A stretch of DNA of 64,000 nucleotides from Azolla caroliniana (GCA_043228905.1 JBHGNT010000142.1:1-64000); one strand, 5' to 3'. Shown: positions 34,849-47,715, counted from the first letter of the stretch. The notes: a model not told the origin generated them from the letters alone. Translations and numbers: made by a program.

Positions 34849-35690
34849 GTCAACTAACGGGCACAAGTGCAATATTTTCATTTTGGTGTGACTCTTGGTT
34901 GGAGAAGGCCACACCACAGTTGGTCTCTTCTCCATAAGCCGGACCGCCAACGTCAAGGCGAGATCACATTGGTCCAGTCCCCGCATAGCCAGTGGAAGGG
35001 TGAGGTGCATCCACTCAGATAGCATGGGGAGGTCGAATGACTGCGGCCACGTCAATCCGCTTCTTTTCTTTTCTTGTTGGGCCGCGCCGCAATTGTCTAG
35101 CTTCTGCTACCAACTCCCCCATCGGGCCGTCTGACTTTACCGTAGCCGATAAGTAGCGTTAATCGTCTTCATCGCGCTGATGAAGCAGCGGGTTCATCCA
35201 CCACCTTGGTTCTTCCCCGCAAGCAACTTCCGCCGTATTATCCATAGCTGTTCATCAAGAAGGCCTAGAGTTAGTTTTCCGATAAGATTCAAGCTACAAT
35301 TTCAAACAGCACCTTTTCTTCATGAAGCGCAAGAAAACTGCACTGCGGAAGAAGAAGAAGCGGTAAAAAGTGTAATATAAATGGCTACCAAAGTTCTTCT
35401 TTTGAACTTTCAAGAAGGCCTGAATATTCATGGATTATTATACGATAATCTTTAATGCGGCTCAGATTGCGGAAAGAATTGAATGCTGGAATTTCGAAAT
35501 TCCGTTGGTAAAATTCAGAAGGATCATGCAAGAAGGCAATATCATCTTCTGGCCATAATCTGCGAATCCAGCAAAGCAAAGCAAAGCAGCACTTTTCTTT
35601 TCACTTTAAACCGAGCCGGCGGCAATCTTGATGAATCACTGGCAAGAAGATGCTTTGCACTTTTCTTTCCACTTTAAAGCAGCAATCTTT
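34849..35690. repeat. Repeat of about 0.84 kb (equals 5809-6650): promoter plus rRNA-leader module placed upstream of cox2
   Basis: Identical ORF-track entries at an offset of 29040. Confidence 0.93.
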
Positions 35691-35726
35691 TCACTCGGAA
35701 ATGGCAAAAGAGCTTGGAAGAAGAAT

Positions 35727-35797
35727 AGGCTAGGGACGGAGTCGAACCGTCATTCCAGGATTTGCAGTCCAATACATTGCCATTATGTTACCCAGCC
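35727..35797 (-). tRNA. trnC: tRNA-Cys(GCA), second copy
   Basis: Identical to 20321-20391. Confidence 0.92.
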
Positions 35798-36189
35798 AGC
35801 AGAACGTTTTTCCCGCTTAAATGAAGAGAGGCGGGACTCTCATTTAAGGGGGGTGACCTTAGGCCACCCTTTGAAATAATCTAAAGCCTTACAATCAATT
35901 TCTGCGATGCCATAAAATGTGAACCAACGACAACGATTTTGGGCAAAATAAGAATTAGTGATTGAAAAAGACCCGCAGCTTGCTTGTGAAGCCGACCAGC
36001 GTACTGCCAACACGACTTGTTTATGCCTATTAAAGAACCTTTTAATGCTAATTCACAGAAAACTATACGAAGCATACAAAATAACTAATATACGAAACGG
36101 AAGCGACCGATGGAAATACGTCAGTTTCTTACTCATGTAAATAAACTATTTCTTAACAACGGCGACGACTTTTCCGGAGTCTTATTTCG

Positions 36190-36276
36190 GTTTTGGTCGG
36201 CCAATCAGGTTAGGAGTTCCCTGCCTGACCGCCAATTCAGAACCGCTCGTGACAGTTTCCCGTCATACGGCTCCCC
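36190..36276 (-). other. Orphan group II intron domains V-VI
   Basis: gagccgtatgacgggaaactgtcacgagcggttc is followed by a domain-VI-like hairpin. No recognisable downstream exon. Confidence 0.75.
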
Positions 36277-36535
36277 GCATCCCATCAGGTGAGGGTTCCG
36301 GAATACGAGCTCCCCTGCCCTCTTTTGATCGTGACGATGCCCATGCAGCCAGCAACTGCCGCAAATTGGCAGCTCATGCCTCCCGGACGACGACGTAGAT
36401 GCGATCCATCTGTGATGTCCACAGGCGGCCGGCCGGCGGAAAGAACACCTACGCCGTGGTTGGAGTTCTACTTCCTTGTCGTCGCTTTAGCCCTATCGGC
36501 TAGCTAGGGCCATTGCTCAGTTTGTTTCCTCACGC

Positions 36536-36568
<33 letters not shown>

Positions 36569-39500
36569 ATAACTCCTAGACTCAAGTGAAAAACCGACCA
36601 TCAGCGTATCTGATGAGAGAGGATTGAAACCTCGTATCTTCCCCATTTTCCCGCGTCTCGTGACTAATTCAAAAATTTCCTTGCATCAGCGTCGATTACG
36701 TACTCTGGCTTTCTTGTTGATAGATATGTGGATCACTCTGGTGGCGTCATGGCGGCGAGATCGACCCGAGCGAAAGTAGCTATTGGGTTCGAATCCCGCT
36801 TCTTTTCTTCCGCGGTTCGCCTTTAGGCCATGAGGGCGATCCGATCCCCAGTAGCAGGAGTCCTGAAAGGTCATGGAACTGGCCATACTTCCACTTTCAC
36901 TCTCACTTTCGCTTTTGCTTCTACTTTCAGAGGTATGTATATTCAGCAAATCGGATCAGATTGTCTATCCATGACAGAGCGAGTGCTACTCGTAGTTCAG
37001 GGGCAAGGTATTTTACGTTGCTTACTTTCCTTTTGGCCAATCTGCGCTCTTTATCTTCGAATGTTGAAGCATATTGGCTGCTCCCTTTCCCGTTTTTCCC
37101 GCTTAAATGAAGAGAGGCGGGACTCTCATTTAAGGGGGGTGACCTTAGGCCACCCTTTGAAATAACCAATTGATAAAGAACGGAAAACAAGCAAAAGTCT
37201 TTGATGGCAACTAATAGGAAGATTCTAGGGAGAATCGAGATCCGATTTCATATGACTTCATGGTGAACATGATCTGCCGGAATCTCTTCCATTCCCACGT
37301 GAATGTACCGAAATAACAGGAGATTGAACGAAATCAAAGTGAAAACATTGGTTATGAGAAGAATTAGGACTAAACGGGCTGCAGTACTTCTTTAAGTGAG
37401 CCAATAATTTAAGGTTTCTCTACGAGCTTCCGTTGCTTCTGCATTAGAAATATTATTTGTTCATTCATTTTCGCTCGTTTTCACGCATGAGAAAGGGAAA
37501 AGAATTGAGAAATTTAGGACATAAAGTGAAAATTGGAGCGGAGCCCGGAAATGATAGATTATTTCCCAGCAGAACAGAAGTGCTGGATTTATGACGAAAG
37601 TGCCAGTGAAGAGACGATACCACCTTTAGAGGAGATTCCATTGCACCCCTGAACTATGAGTAATCAATACATGACCCATTAGAATAATCAGATTCATGAT
37701 ACTCCTAATACTCTGCTGATGAGTAGTGCTTTTATTGATATACCTGGTGAACAGCAAGCAGCAGAATCCAGGCACTGATATGAAATGATGCAAGAAGAAG
37801 CCCATGATTAATCGTAAAGAATTTTATACGGGTACGGGCACCCTTCTCACTCCGCTCTCCATCAATCTATCCTATCAGCATCAGCCTAAACCCCATCTGA
37901 ACCTGGTCGCCCACACTTTTAACAAGTATAGGAAACCGGTAAGGCTGAAGACGGCAGTCCAAGCCAGGATACACCGACACGTGTGACATAAGTTCGTAAC
38001 GGAACATTCTCCCGCACGTACCAGACGAGCGAAGGAGCGGAAGCTGAGAAAGAGCTTTGCGCTTTATCCCAGCATCTTCCTTGGGCCCCGCAGCAAGCAG
38101 TTACAAATTGAAAGGATATGGGTGAAACATCTACACCCAAGACGTCGTTAAGACTAGCGTTAAGACAGAACAAAAGAGAACTTATAACTAGCTATCTATA
38201 GATAGATCGAACCGTAACCGACATCCCGAAAAAAACAGACCGTAACTACGTTACCGCGCGCGTCGGGGCGGGCTTTAAGCATCTGTCTGCGACGTCTCGG
38301 TTAATCGTTTTGGTTCTATCCACCTATCTTCGGTTACCACTAGCTAGTTATAAGCTCTCTTTTGTTTTGTGAGATGTAGCCTCTCAAGCCAAGCAAGGTA
38401 TCCCTTCTCAGAATTACAAGGCCTGAGAGGTACGTATCCCTCAAAGATACGTGCCCAGCCAGCGCAAAACTGCACTTCTTGCGCTAATTTGCTGCTTTTT
38501 TTAAGCATCAATTCTTTCCCCGCTGTAAACATTTATAGCTCAGAAGGCGGATTTTTAGCTTAGCTCGGATTAAAACCATACCGCCGCTGTTAACACACGG
38601 TTGGGCTTCATCTTCCCGCTAACGCACGGTTGGTGGGGGTTTAGCCCTCCGCATAAAAAAGATGCGTTGCCGTACGCTGTTTCTCTGCTTGCTTTGCTCA
38701 GCTCTCATTGTTTAGCTCTTTCTTCGTTTGCCACCTTAAAGCAGTGGACGGGTTGTTTTTCAACCTTACGCAAATCTTTGTTTTTTTTTTGGCGGCCTGC
38801 TTCGACTTTTAAGGTCTCTTCATTATGCCCTTCTTTCGTAGCGGCCTGTGCTACGCGTTCTTGTACCCAAAAAGAAAAGAGCGATCGCCCGCCGCTTCGG
38901 AAAAATACAGATAAAGAGCGGTAGCAATGAACTGGAATTTGCAGAGAGGTTTGAGAAACAGCGTACGGATGCATCAACTTTAAACGGGCAAGGTTGAAAC
39001 AACCTTAAAGCAGCTTGCTTGCCTGCTTGCTGTACCACAGCAGAGTCGCAGTTGCTTGCTTGCTTGCTTGCTTGCGGGTAATATAGATTTATTTTGCCCG
39101 TAATGTTTAAATTAACCTAATAATCTGCCGTTTGACACGGCCGGCGCGGCGGGTCAACTATCGTTTTTGGTCTGATCGTTGATTTAGCGGAAATGAAACG
39201 ATTCTTTTTTTCGCCCTTCATGCTGAATCCGCGTGTTTACTACGAATGCAGATGCTTGTTAAAAGCAGCAGCTGCTTTCTGTGGGTTTGAACCTCTTGCT
39301 TGCTTGCTTACTTGTAAAAGGTCTGATGGTTGAAAACAGCAGCTGCAAAGCTAAGGTTTTAATTTAAAGCAGCCTACGCCACCTCTTTTTTCATGTCACC
39401 TTGTTGTTGAGTATAGAAAAAGAAATAAAATGGGCGACACACTATGAACATTCGGGTATTGGCCCCCGATATCTATGAAAGTTAGTGCGGAGACTGAACC

Positions 39501-39628
39501 AGTACCCTTGGAAGAAGTTATGGTGGAGACCGGAAAGAATGAGGCTTTGGCAGCAGCCTTTCCTTTCCTTTCCTTTCCTTTCCTTTCCTTTCCTTTCCTT
39601 TCCTTTGGCAGCAAGACTTTGTATTTGT

Positions 39629-40237
39629 TTATTCTCGCGCGCGTATCTTTCCGATGGTCTTCCGAAAATCTATAGCATTCTGCTGGAACACATCCTGTCT
39701 CTTGACCTTAGCAGTTTTATGCATAGTTGGTACTATAGCCCCGATCATGGCTACTAATAAAATCAGACTAGACACCGGGAACAAAACCAGATAGTTGGTA
39801 TAAAGTAAATTGCCTGATGTTTCCAAATTAGTCCAACTTTATATTCTTTCAGCATAAACCGTATATCTCAGATAGGTTGTATTCAAATTGGTTGGTAGTA
39901 TTGGAATGTAATCATTGTCTAGAATGACAAAGATTTCCAACCAGGAAATCAGTCCAATAGTACCACCTACTGATAAATAGCGCAATATATTCTCGTGGAT
40001 TTCCGCTATTTTGATATCTGGCATCATCACTACAAATGGAAGTGACACAGCAATCGCGCCTGTATAAACCACTAAGAGGATCATAGCAGAGAAGTCGGGA
40101 CCTGACAAGAGAGGTAAACCTAAAGTGTTGCAGAAAACGAGGATGAAAAAGAGAACGGAATGGACGGAGTTTTTAGCACGTATGACCGTAACAGCAGAGA
40201 CTAAAGCCATGCCCGGAAAAACATCAAGGAGTAGCAT
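39629..40237 (-). CDS. nad6: NADH dehydrogenase subunit 6
   Basis: Reads MLLLDVF..MALVSAVTVIRAKN.VHSVLFFILVFCNT...AERI(Q)SWTNLET.GNLLYT...LLVAMIGAIV.TMHKT.KVKRQDVF. TAA at 39839-39841 needs U-to-C editing. Confidence 0.95.
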
Positions 40238-40727
40238 GGTTTTATTGTTCCTTTCTCTCATTCTGTATTAGTGGCAGTTTGTCCCGACCCCATCTTGGCA
40301 ATGACGAGATGTGGAAGCTCCTAGTGCACCTGGTATTCTTCACTACAAAATACAAGAGGGAACCCACCCGTGCACCCACAAAAAATAGAATTGTGGAAAG
40401 CAGAAGATGACGATGAAGATAATTACATTCTGGAAACAAACGAGAAGCCGACGTCTAATATGGAAACTTCTAGTGCTACAGAAAAAGAACAGGCTAAAAG
40501 TCTTATTTTTAATGTCCTCTCGATTCTCTCTACGGGACGAATATGGCATTATTGGACAGTTCATGAGGACTGAAGGATAGTTCATGGGGACTGACATGAC
40601 GGGAAGTATAGCAAGCTACATCCTCATTTATATGGAAGAGAAATCGAAACACTTTGTGTTATTTTCAAAGAAGATATAGAGGGGAGGGATCGGACCTTCC
40701 CCCAGTGTTGGTTCGTATTGAAGAGTT

Positions 40728-40924
40728 CTATAGGAAGAAACTACGAACTATGAAAATGAGATACAATCAACTGTCCACCCAGAAAAGTAGAAAATCCCAC
40801 GTACCGAAAGAGGTCACGAATATGGTTAATCCAAGTAACATAACGAAAGCATAATGATAGTAGGGTCAAGGTCACCCTGCCCTCCGAACCGGACGTGAAG
40901 GTCTCCCCTCATCCGGCTCTCTGC

Positions 40925-40960
<36 letters not shown>

Positions 40961-43900
40961 CTTTCGAGGTAGTCCCCATCACTGCTTCCCCTAATATCCG
41001 CCACATACCGTATAGGGGTTTACAGGAGATCCCAGAGCCGGCACTAGTAGTCGTTATGTATGGCTCTTGCCGAGATCGTTATTTTCCCGTGCTCTAGCTA
41101 TTTTGCTCCCTAGACTGTTAACCGTACATGTAGTTATGGCGGCGTAGCTATTCTCGAGGAAGGGCGGCAGAGGGCTGTGATTTTCCCTGCTTTAGCGAAA
41201 CCTGGCATACCGCGACCTTCGTTAGATACGCCCACCATGCCTTTATTCATTTCGACATGCCGCCTTGTGGACAAAAGGCCCGGGACTCATTAACTCACGT
41301 TCTTGCTAGCACTACACCAACTCCGGTCTTTACGCCGCCCTTACTGTCCTTCTTGGGCTCGTAGAGTCGAGTTTACCGTTTACCCACCACGGAGCTTAGG
41401 GCCAACGGGTCGTGACGTACTCTTCGCACAACAAATCCACTTTAAAGTTAACTTATTTGCTTGGCCAATTTCCGGAATGTGTACGAAATCCCGTAAGGAC
41501 CTGAGATCTCAATAGCACCCTTGTCTAAGGCTTTAAATGAGACTTCGTATCCGAAATGCAAAAACGATCTCACTAGAAAGTCATTGAAAACTTTGTCAAA
41601 GAACCGGCGCTTATTCAGAAAGCAATAAAGTCCATTACCGAAAGTACTGGTTCCGAAAGCGAAAAGGAATTCGTTCGCGAAAAGATTTACATTATACGCC
41701 GTAAAAGCCCCTAAGATGCTAAACGTAATAGGTACTGGTTTGATTGTGATTGGAGTAGCAAACTCAGATTCGGCAAGAATCTCATTTTTGGGTAGCATTG
41801 AAAGGGAATTGGCCCGAAAATTGGTGCCTAAACCAATCATCATATCGGTACCTAAGCCGCTCCATTGCTGCTGGAAAGGCTCGGCTTCAAAACCGTACGT
41901 GAAGCTTCCGCCTCATACGGCTTCTCCCAGGATCGAAGATTTTTGTTGGCTTTACAGGTTCGAAGAATTCTTTTCGGTATGGCAGTGCCTGTGTAGGAGT
42001 TAAGGTTGCTGCACATGAACACCCCTCGTCAAGTCTTTGTTTCTTCAAACGATTCTATATGGATATGTAAGGCAATCTCTAGATATATGTATACTTAGAT
42101 ATAGATTACCTAAACAATGGCACGTTTGGGCTGGGGCCACTTTGGCCTCTGGCCTTTGTTTGTAAAGCTTTTTCTTTGTTGTTTGTAGTTTTGTTGATTC
42201 CGGAGAAGAAAAAAACGCTTTACGTTTTATTGGGCTTCTGTCCCACCTCTATGTACTCTTAGCCAGCCATTCAACTATTCGGTCTGGCTAGGTTAGATTC
42301 CTTTTCAACTAGAAAAAGAAAGTAAAAAGAAAGAAGGGTTATATAGCTTTTCCCAGCTTTTATAGCCCCAACAGAGGGCGGGCCAAAGGCCCTACGAGTC
42401 TCCCCGTTGTCGAGTATTCTTTATTGGAAGTCACTTTTTTGTTTGTTGGCTTTACGAGCAAGCAAGCAAGCAAGCAAGCAAGCAAAGGAACCTTCAGGGC
42501 CCTCTCCGGTTCCCCTGGGGTGGGGAACCTTTCCTTATGTGATGTGTTCTCAGGGACGGGACGGGACGGGACGGGACGGGACGGGACGGGACGGGACTCG
42601 CGTTCCCATTGAATCTTCATTCGTGTGGTCAACTTCGCTAAAGGGTTCACCTCACCCCCACTTGTTAGTTTAGTGGTTGGCTTTACGAATGAAGGCTGAA
42701 GGCGGTTCATCATGAAGGCGCGCGCGCGCGCCGGTTCATCATGAAGGCGCTCAGCGGTCGCTTTCCTCTTTCTCGGCTGCTTTGGTATCCATATTTAACA
42801 AATGAGTGCTGTAGCCCTTCCACCCAACAGAAGACCTCCTCCTGCCCGCCGTCTCTATCCCGGCCCTAAGGTCACCACTCACCCTATTGTCGAGGTCTTC
42901 CCTTCCCTTCCCTTCCCTTCCCTTCCCTTCCCTTCCCTTCCCTTCCCCGGGGTGTTTGTTTTTCCCTCGGTTACCCTGTGTGACTTGTCTTACTAGAGTC
43001 TTGCGTGTATATCTTGTATGAGTCGCCTAGATTGGAGAGCACGCATCTTGCCCATATCGTTCATTGGGGCAATAAGCTTGTTGGTAAATTCCGGTCTACA
43101 ACTGCCTTAGTCTTAGGCTACCACCGGGGCGGGGATTTGTTCCCACCAAGGTATTGTTTAGGTATTATCTATGTAGAACTTACTTACAATCCATTTCCCT
43201 TTCCATTGACCATCGAGATCCTAAGTCTCCAAGTGGGCATATCCCTAGCCTTTATTCGTCAGGGCCTTCGCTTTTCGGAGAATCCTGCTCCCGTAGAGCT
43301 TGTAGCTCGGCGGCCCACCACAAGGGAACCCTATCGGGATACTCCAGTTTCGAGTGTATTGGATAGTTATAGCGGCCCGTAGGCGCAAGATGTACCTCGT
43401 GGGGCGGTCTCCCGGACATAGTCTTTTCATGCAGTGGCCGTTTCTTAGTCCATAGTCCATTGGATGTTCGGTGCAAGGCCAGAAACTGACACTGCTTGTA
43501 CCCTTCGTTCTTGCCCTTTGCTCACTGGGCCTGTCCCTCAGTGTGGTCAGTACTGGATACTGTCGGGCGGCAAAGCTTACACTTGTTCACTCATGAAGGT
43601 TCGCCGGGGCCTCTTTCCTCCCTTCTTTTTTGCTTACTCGTGATTCAGAGGCTGCCAGACCTCCTACAAAGAGAAGAGAGTCGACTGAACATCTCAGCCA
43701 TTGGCGGGAGTTTCGCTCGCATCCAATCCTCAATTATTGTTCACCTTGCTTAGATCGTGCTGGGTGAGCAACAGCCGCTTCGTCACGGGACTGACTTATG
43801 GGCTAACAGGTCACACTTTGGCCAAGTATCCTACGAAAATGCTTCCGAAAGCCAGGAGGATTAAAGGGATGGCCATAAGAATGGGCGCATCATGGCATCG

Positions 43901-46900
43901 TAAGATGTCTCGCTTGAATGAATTAGTTGATGCTGAAAATGTTAGGAAAGGTAAACGAGAAGAGTGATAGGGAGTGAAGAAGACAGAGACGCTTCCCGAC
44001 CGGAAAACAAAGTTACCACTAATGGTATAATCGGGATGGATAGGCTCTTTCAAGCAAGCTTTTCCCCCTCAAAGAACCGCACGTGCAAGTTTCCTCGCAT
44101 ACGGCTCAAGCGGCGAAGAAGAGTGACGGCTGGGCCGGCCTCAGCAGGTCACCGATGGGCCCACGTAGTGTTCTGCTATCACTCCGCCGCAAGTTGCGTA
44201 TTTGCTCGTTTCCAATTTGCTCTCCCCAGTTGGTTTGTAATATTCTTCTCTCCTTTTCTTTTGGGGCACGCACGAAAGTCAAATTTTTTCCCTTCCCTCG
44301 TCGCAACTTCGTCGTGATTGACTCATATTCACTTAGTACCGCTCGCGGTCCCGGCCGCTTCTACTCCCATGTGGTCAATAGAAGTGGCCCGGTAACAGCG
44401 TTTCGTCATCCAGGATTCGAGTCAGCACACTGGGTCGGCAAATTGTCGCCTATCTTACCTTTGTTTGAGGGTGAGCCAAAGCTTTTCGGATCGTCTTCTG
44501 TCCACTGGACGGTATCTGATCCTACGACCAGACCTCCCGAGGGGAGCCCATTGGGTTTACCTTGTCGACATGTTGACTTTATTACAAGAAAAAGCGATCC
44601 TGTGCTATACTCCGGTGATCATTTGCCGATCGGGGCACGCAACCAAACGTCGTGTCCTAAATCACATCCCTACAGGGGCCTACTCAATTACAGCTCATAG
44701 GTGCTAGGTCGCTTTTACGAAGCGTCGTCGCACAGTTCACTGCTGCCTGCTGTGGTTGATCAAAAAGAATAGTCTCGCTTCTCTTAGCGGGTTCTATGTT
44801 GTATTGTATATTCTCCGCTTCCATGCTTCACACCCTCCCCAAAAGAACGCATGGTGGGGTAAGAGCCTCCCGCCAGGCTGGGATGGCGATATAGCCCCTT
44901 TCTCTTACTCTTATAGGAGGGCTATACACATTGTCTCATGTCCTTCAAGTCGCACTTTGGTATAAGCAGGCTCCGAAATCGCATCTTTAGAATAAAATCC
45001 GGTCAAGAAAGGGAATCCAATTAAGAATAAGCTGCCTATAAGCATCATGGCATAAGTGGAGGGTAACAGAGAAGCGAGCCCTCCCATTCTACGCATATCT
45101 TGCTCATCCGACATGGCATGAATTACTAAACCTGCGCTCGAAGGGGGTAATACTTTAAAAAAAGCGTAATTCGTTAAATAAAATACGCTAACTGAATAAT
45201 CAAGAATGCCGCGAGCAAAGATCGTATAGCCTGATTGACTACGAATTAGATAAGCTACGACCCTCTTTAAATCATTTTACAACATTCCAGTAGTTACCGC
45301 GAAGAATAACGTCATAGCTCCCACAAAAGTAATAACAATCAAAGCATTGAGTAAATACTCGAATAAGGGGGAGCACCTCGCTATCATAAATACGCCTGCT
45401 ATTACCGTAATAGCTGCGTAAATCAAAGCGGATACTGGAGTGAGACCCTCCGTTACGTCAGGTAACCGAGTATGCAATCCCATTTATGCAAATTTTCCAA
45501 TAGCGCCGACAAGGGGTGAGATACGAATAACAATTGTGGCATAAAATCCCGTATTACGAGAAAGAAAATAGTGATTGGGTTCAGAGAAAACACTAGCACA
45601 AGCGAAAGTAGTAGGAGAGTCTACTACTTAAGAGGGAGTGGAACGACCAATAATCCCGAGGGCTGATCCGGAATCACCTACTCAATTGACAAGCATAGCT
45701 TTGATAGCTGCTTTATTAGCTTAAAGTCATGCGAACCGAAAATTAATCGACAAATATAAAACGGGACCTGCTCCCTCCCGTCCTGGAAGTAATTAAATGA
45801 AGTTATCTCCAATAACCAACATTAGCGTAAAAGAGGTAGAGATGGGTGAATAACACATGAATCAGGGGCTATGCGGATCCTCGGACATATATGAAATGAG
45901 ATAGAGATAAACCAAGCTACTGACGAATGTCACCACAATTGACATAACTACAGTCGGACTATCGAACACCGGGTCGGAAGTTACTTCACCGGGCCTTTCC
46001 CTCTGCAAATCAAGCGAGCTTGTTTTTTATCCGTACCACAACGCGTTCGCCCGAGTGGCATAATCAAGTGCTCTCCGAACCGTGTAAGATGGTCGCCCAT
46101 CACACGGCTCACCAACTTGGGATTACGGTTAGTAGAGGGATAACTTCTTCTTCTTCCGTGTGTCCAGGAAGAACAGGAAGGTCCCACCCGCGTCTCATTC
46201 GAGTGTACGGCATCTGCCAACTTAGGCCCCTTCCCTTCTGTTGATTCAAGCGGCGCTTCCCGGTTGGTTGTTTTTGCCGATCGAAGAGGCGGGTACTGTG
46301 GGCCCTCTGCCCCACGCATTTAACCAGCAGCTGGCGAATGTATGGTTCACCGGTTCCACCGAATACTCTCACTTGTTGAAGCACAGTGCGCTTGCCAATG
46401 GTGTGTGTGCTGTCCTTATCGGACTCAGGCCTTTCCTTGTCCAGGCATCTGCGCCCTCTTGCTGCGCATGTGCGAGGGATGCGCCTTATCCATAGCCTGT
46501 ATTGCGGCCGGCGTGGAGGTGTACATATACTTTGTATATGGGACCTCGCCTGACGCTAGCCGGGATCCCTTCTCCACCGATCTGTAGTTCGTGATCCGTA
46601 AGCCTCACCTGTGTCTTGGAGACACGGTCGGGAGCCGCCAAGGGAGGGCGGGCAGTTTTCGGCGGGCGGAGTCCAGTAGGCCCCTTTCTCGACATGCTAT
46701 GAGGCTCTAGGGGAGGAAATTATCCCATAGAGTGAGTCGAGCCCGTCTCGCCACGGAGCAACAGCAGCGTCCGGATAATCTATCTATCCGGCAATTCATC
46801 CGGTGGCTTCGCGGTCGCCAAGGAAGCCCCGGGAAGCATCGAACATCTCCAAGGAAATCCATGGAGCAATCTTTATATAGCAAGCACTGGCTCCCAGTGC

Positions 46901-47050
46901 GACTTCATGAAAGACGGTCAGGAATAAAATGAAAAAGAATGAAACGCACGTGATGGTTACTATAGCGGTTCCTTTCGACCCTGGAAAACGACCAGAAGCA
47001 CCTGCTACAAAGCTACCAGGCAAGGACAACGATACTATTGGTAAATACGT
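40728..47050 (-). CDS. nad5: NADH dehydrogenase subunit 5 (exons 47050-46821, 45967-44956, 44029-43817, 41846-41430, 40859 to about 40728)
   Basis: ACG start. Cumulative exon lengths 230/1242/1455/1872 match known intron sites. Motifs include [28 protein letters not shown] and [13 protein letters not shown]. All introns are cis. Confidence 0.96.
40860..41429 (-). mobile_element. Group II intron nad5i1872g2
   Basis: Starts gtgcg, domain V gagccggatgaggggagaccttcacgtccggttc, ends cctac. Confidence 0.9.
41847..43816 (-). mobile_element. Group II intron nad5i1455g2 (cis)
   Basis: Starts gtgtg, domain V gaagccgtatgaggcggaagcttcacgtacggttt. Confidence 0.9.
44030..44955 (-). mobile_element. Group II intron nad5i1242g2
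   Basis: Starts gtgcg, domain V gagccgtatgcgaggaaacttgcacgtgcggttc, ends ccgat. Confidence 0.9.
45968..46820 (-). mobile_element. Group II intron nad5i230g2
   Basis: Starts tggcg, domain V gagccgtgtgatgggcgaccatcttacacggttc. Confidence 0.9.
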
Positions 47051-47631
47051 ACTCAATGAATCCTTTCTTTCTTGTTTTTGGTATTCATGGCAGTTTGTCC
47101 AGAATGGAAACGCAAAGCGTTTTTTCTTTTACAGAATGCGCACTTATATACAAAATTCTTTCACGTTGAACCGATAACTCGACCCTGCCGGTTACTAGAA
47201 ATACTACCGCATCCCGCCAAAGGCCCGGAAACCCGCAAAGCTCCTAAGCCCGTAAAGGCGGCATTAGGTAAAGGGAGTTCGCGCTAGTTGGTATCAAGTC
47301 CCGGTCCGCAGGGTAGCCTTAAGGGCAAGGGCGGGAATGGTTTCCTTTGGTTCCCCGCGCGCGATTGATTGATTGATTGTTGGATCCTCTTATATTGCTA
47401 ATGGTGGTATCCCGAATGAATTCGGAACAAAACATATCGTCAGAAACTACCTAGCGACCTGGTTCCTGACTACGACAAGTCCTGGATATTAGTAAATGAT
47501 GACCAGCTTCTTTTTTTCTAACAATAAGAAATTGGCGGACTAGTAACTAGTCTTGGCCAACAACCTAGCACGCACGATGAAAGCCCGCGGAGAACAATTT
47601 TTTAGTAATAGAAACAGCAGTGGCTATTTTG

Positions 47632-47715
47632 GCTCACGTAGCTCAAAGGATAGAGCATTCCTATGTACCACCCGGGTTGGCGGGAAACTAGCCGGTTCGA
47701 GTCCGGTCGTGGGCT
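47632..47715 (+). pseudogene. trnT(GGU)-like tRNA element with a 19-nt anticodon loop, 30 nt upstream of nad7
   Basis: Acceptor gctcacg/cgtgggc, D arm gctc-aaaggata-gagc, anticodon stem ttcct/gggaa around atgtaccacccgggttggc, T arm gccgg-ttcgagt-ccggt. Confidence 0.65.

Noticed and set aside
39839-39841. In-frame stops as evidence that nad6 and other core genes are pseudogenes
   Set aside because: The stops fall at conserved Gln/Arg positions and frames are otherwise intact, as expected for U-to-C editing.
44083-44700. 205-aa ORF inside nad5i1242g2 as a possible maturase
   Set aside because: It is antisense to the intron and has no RT/X-domain motifs. No maturase was recognised in any intron here.
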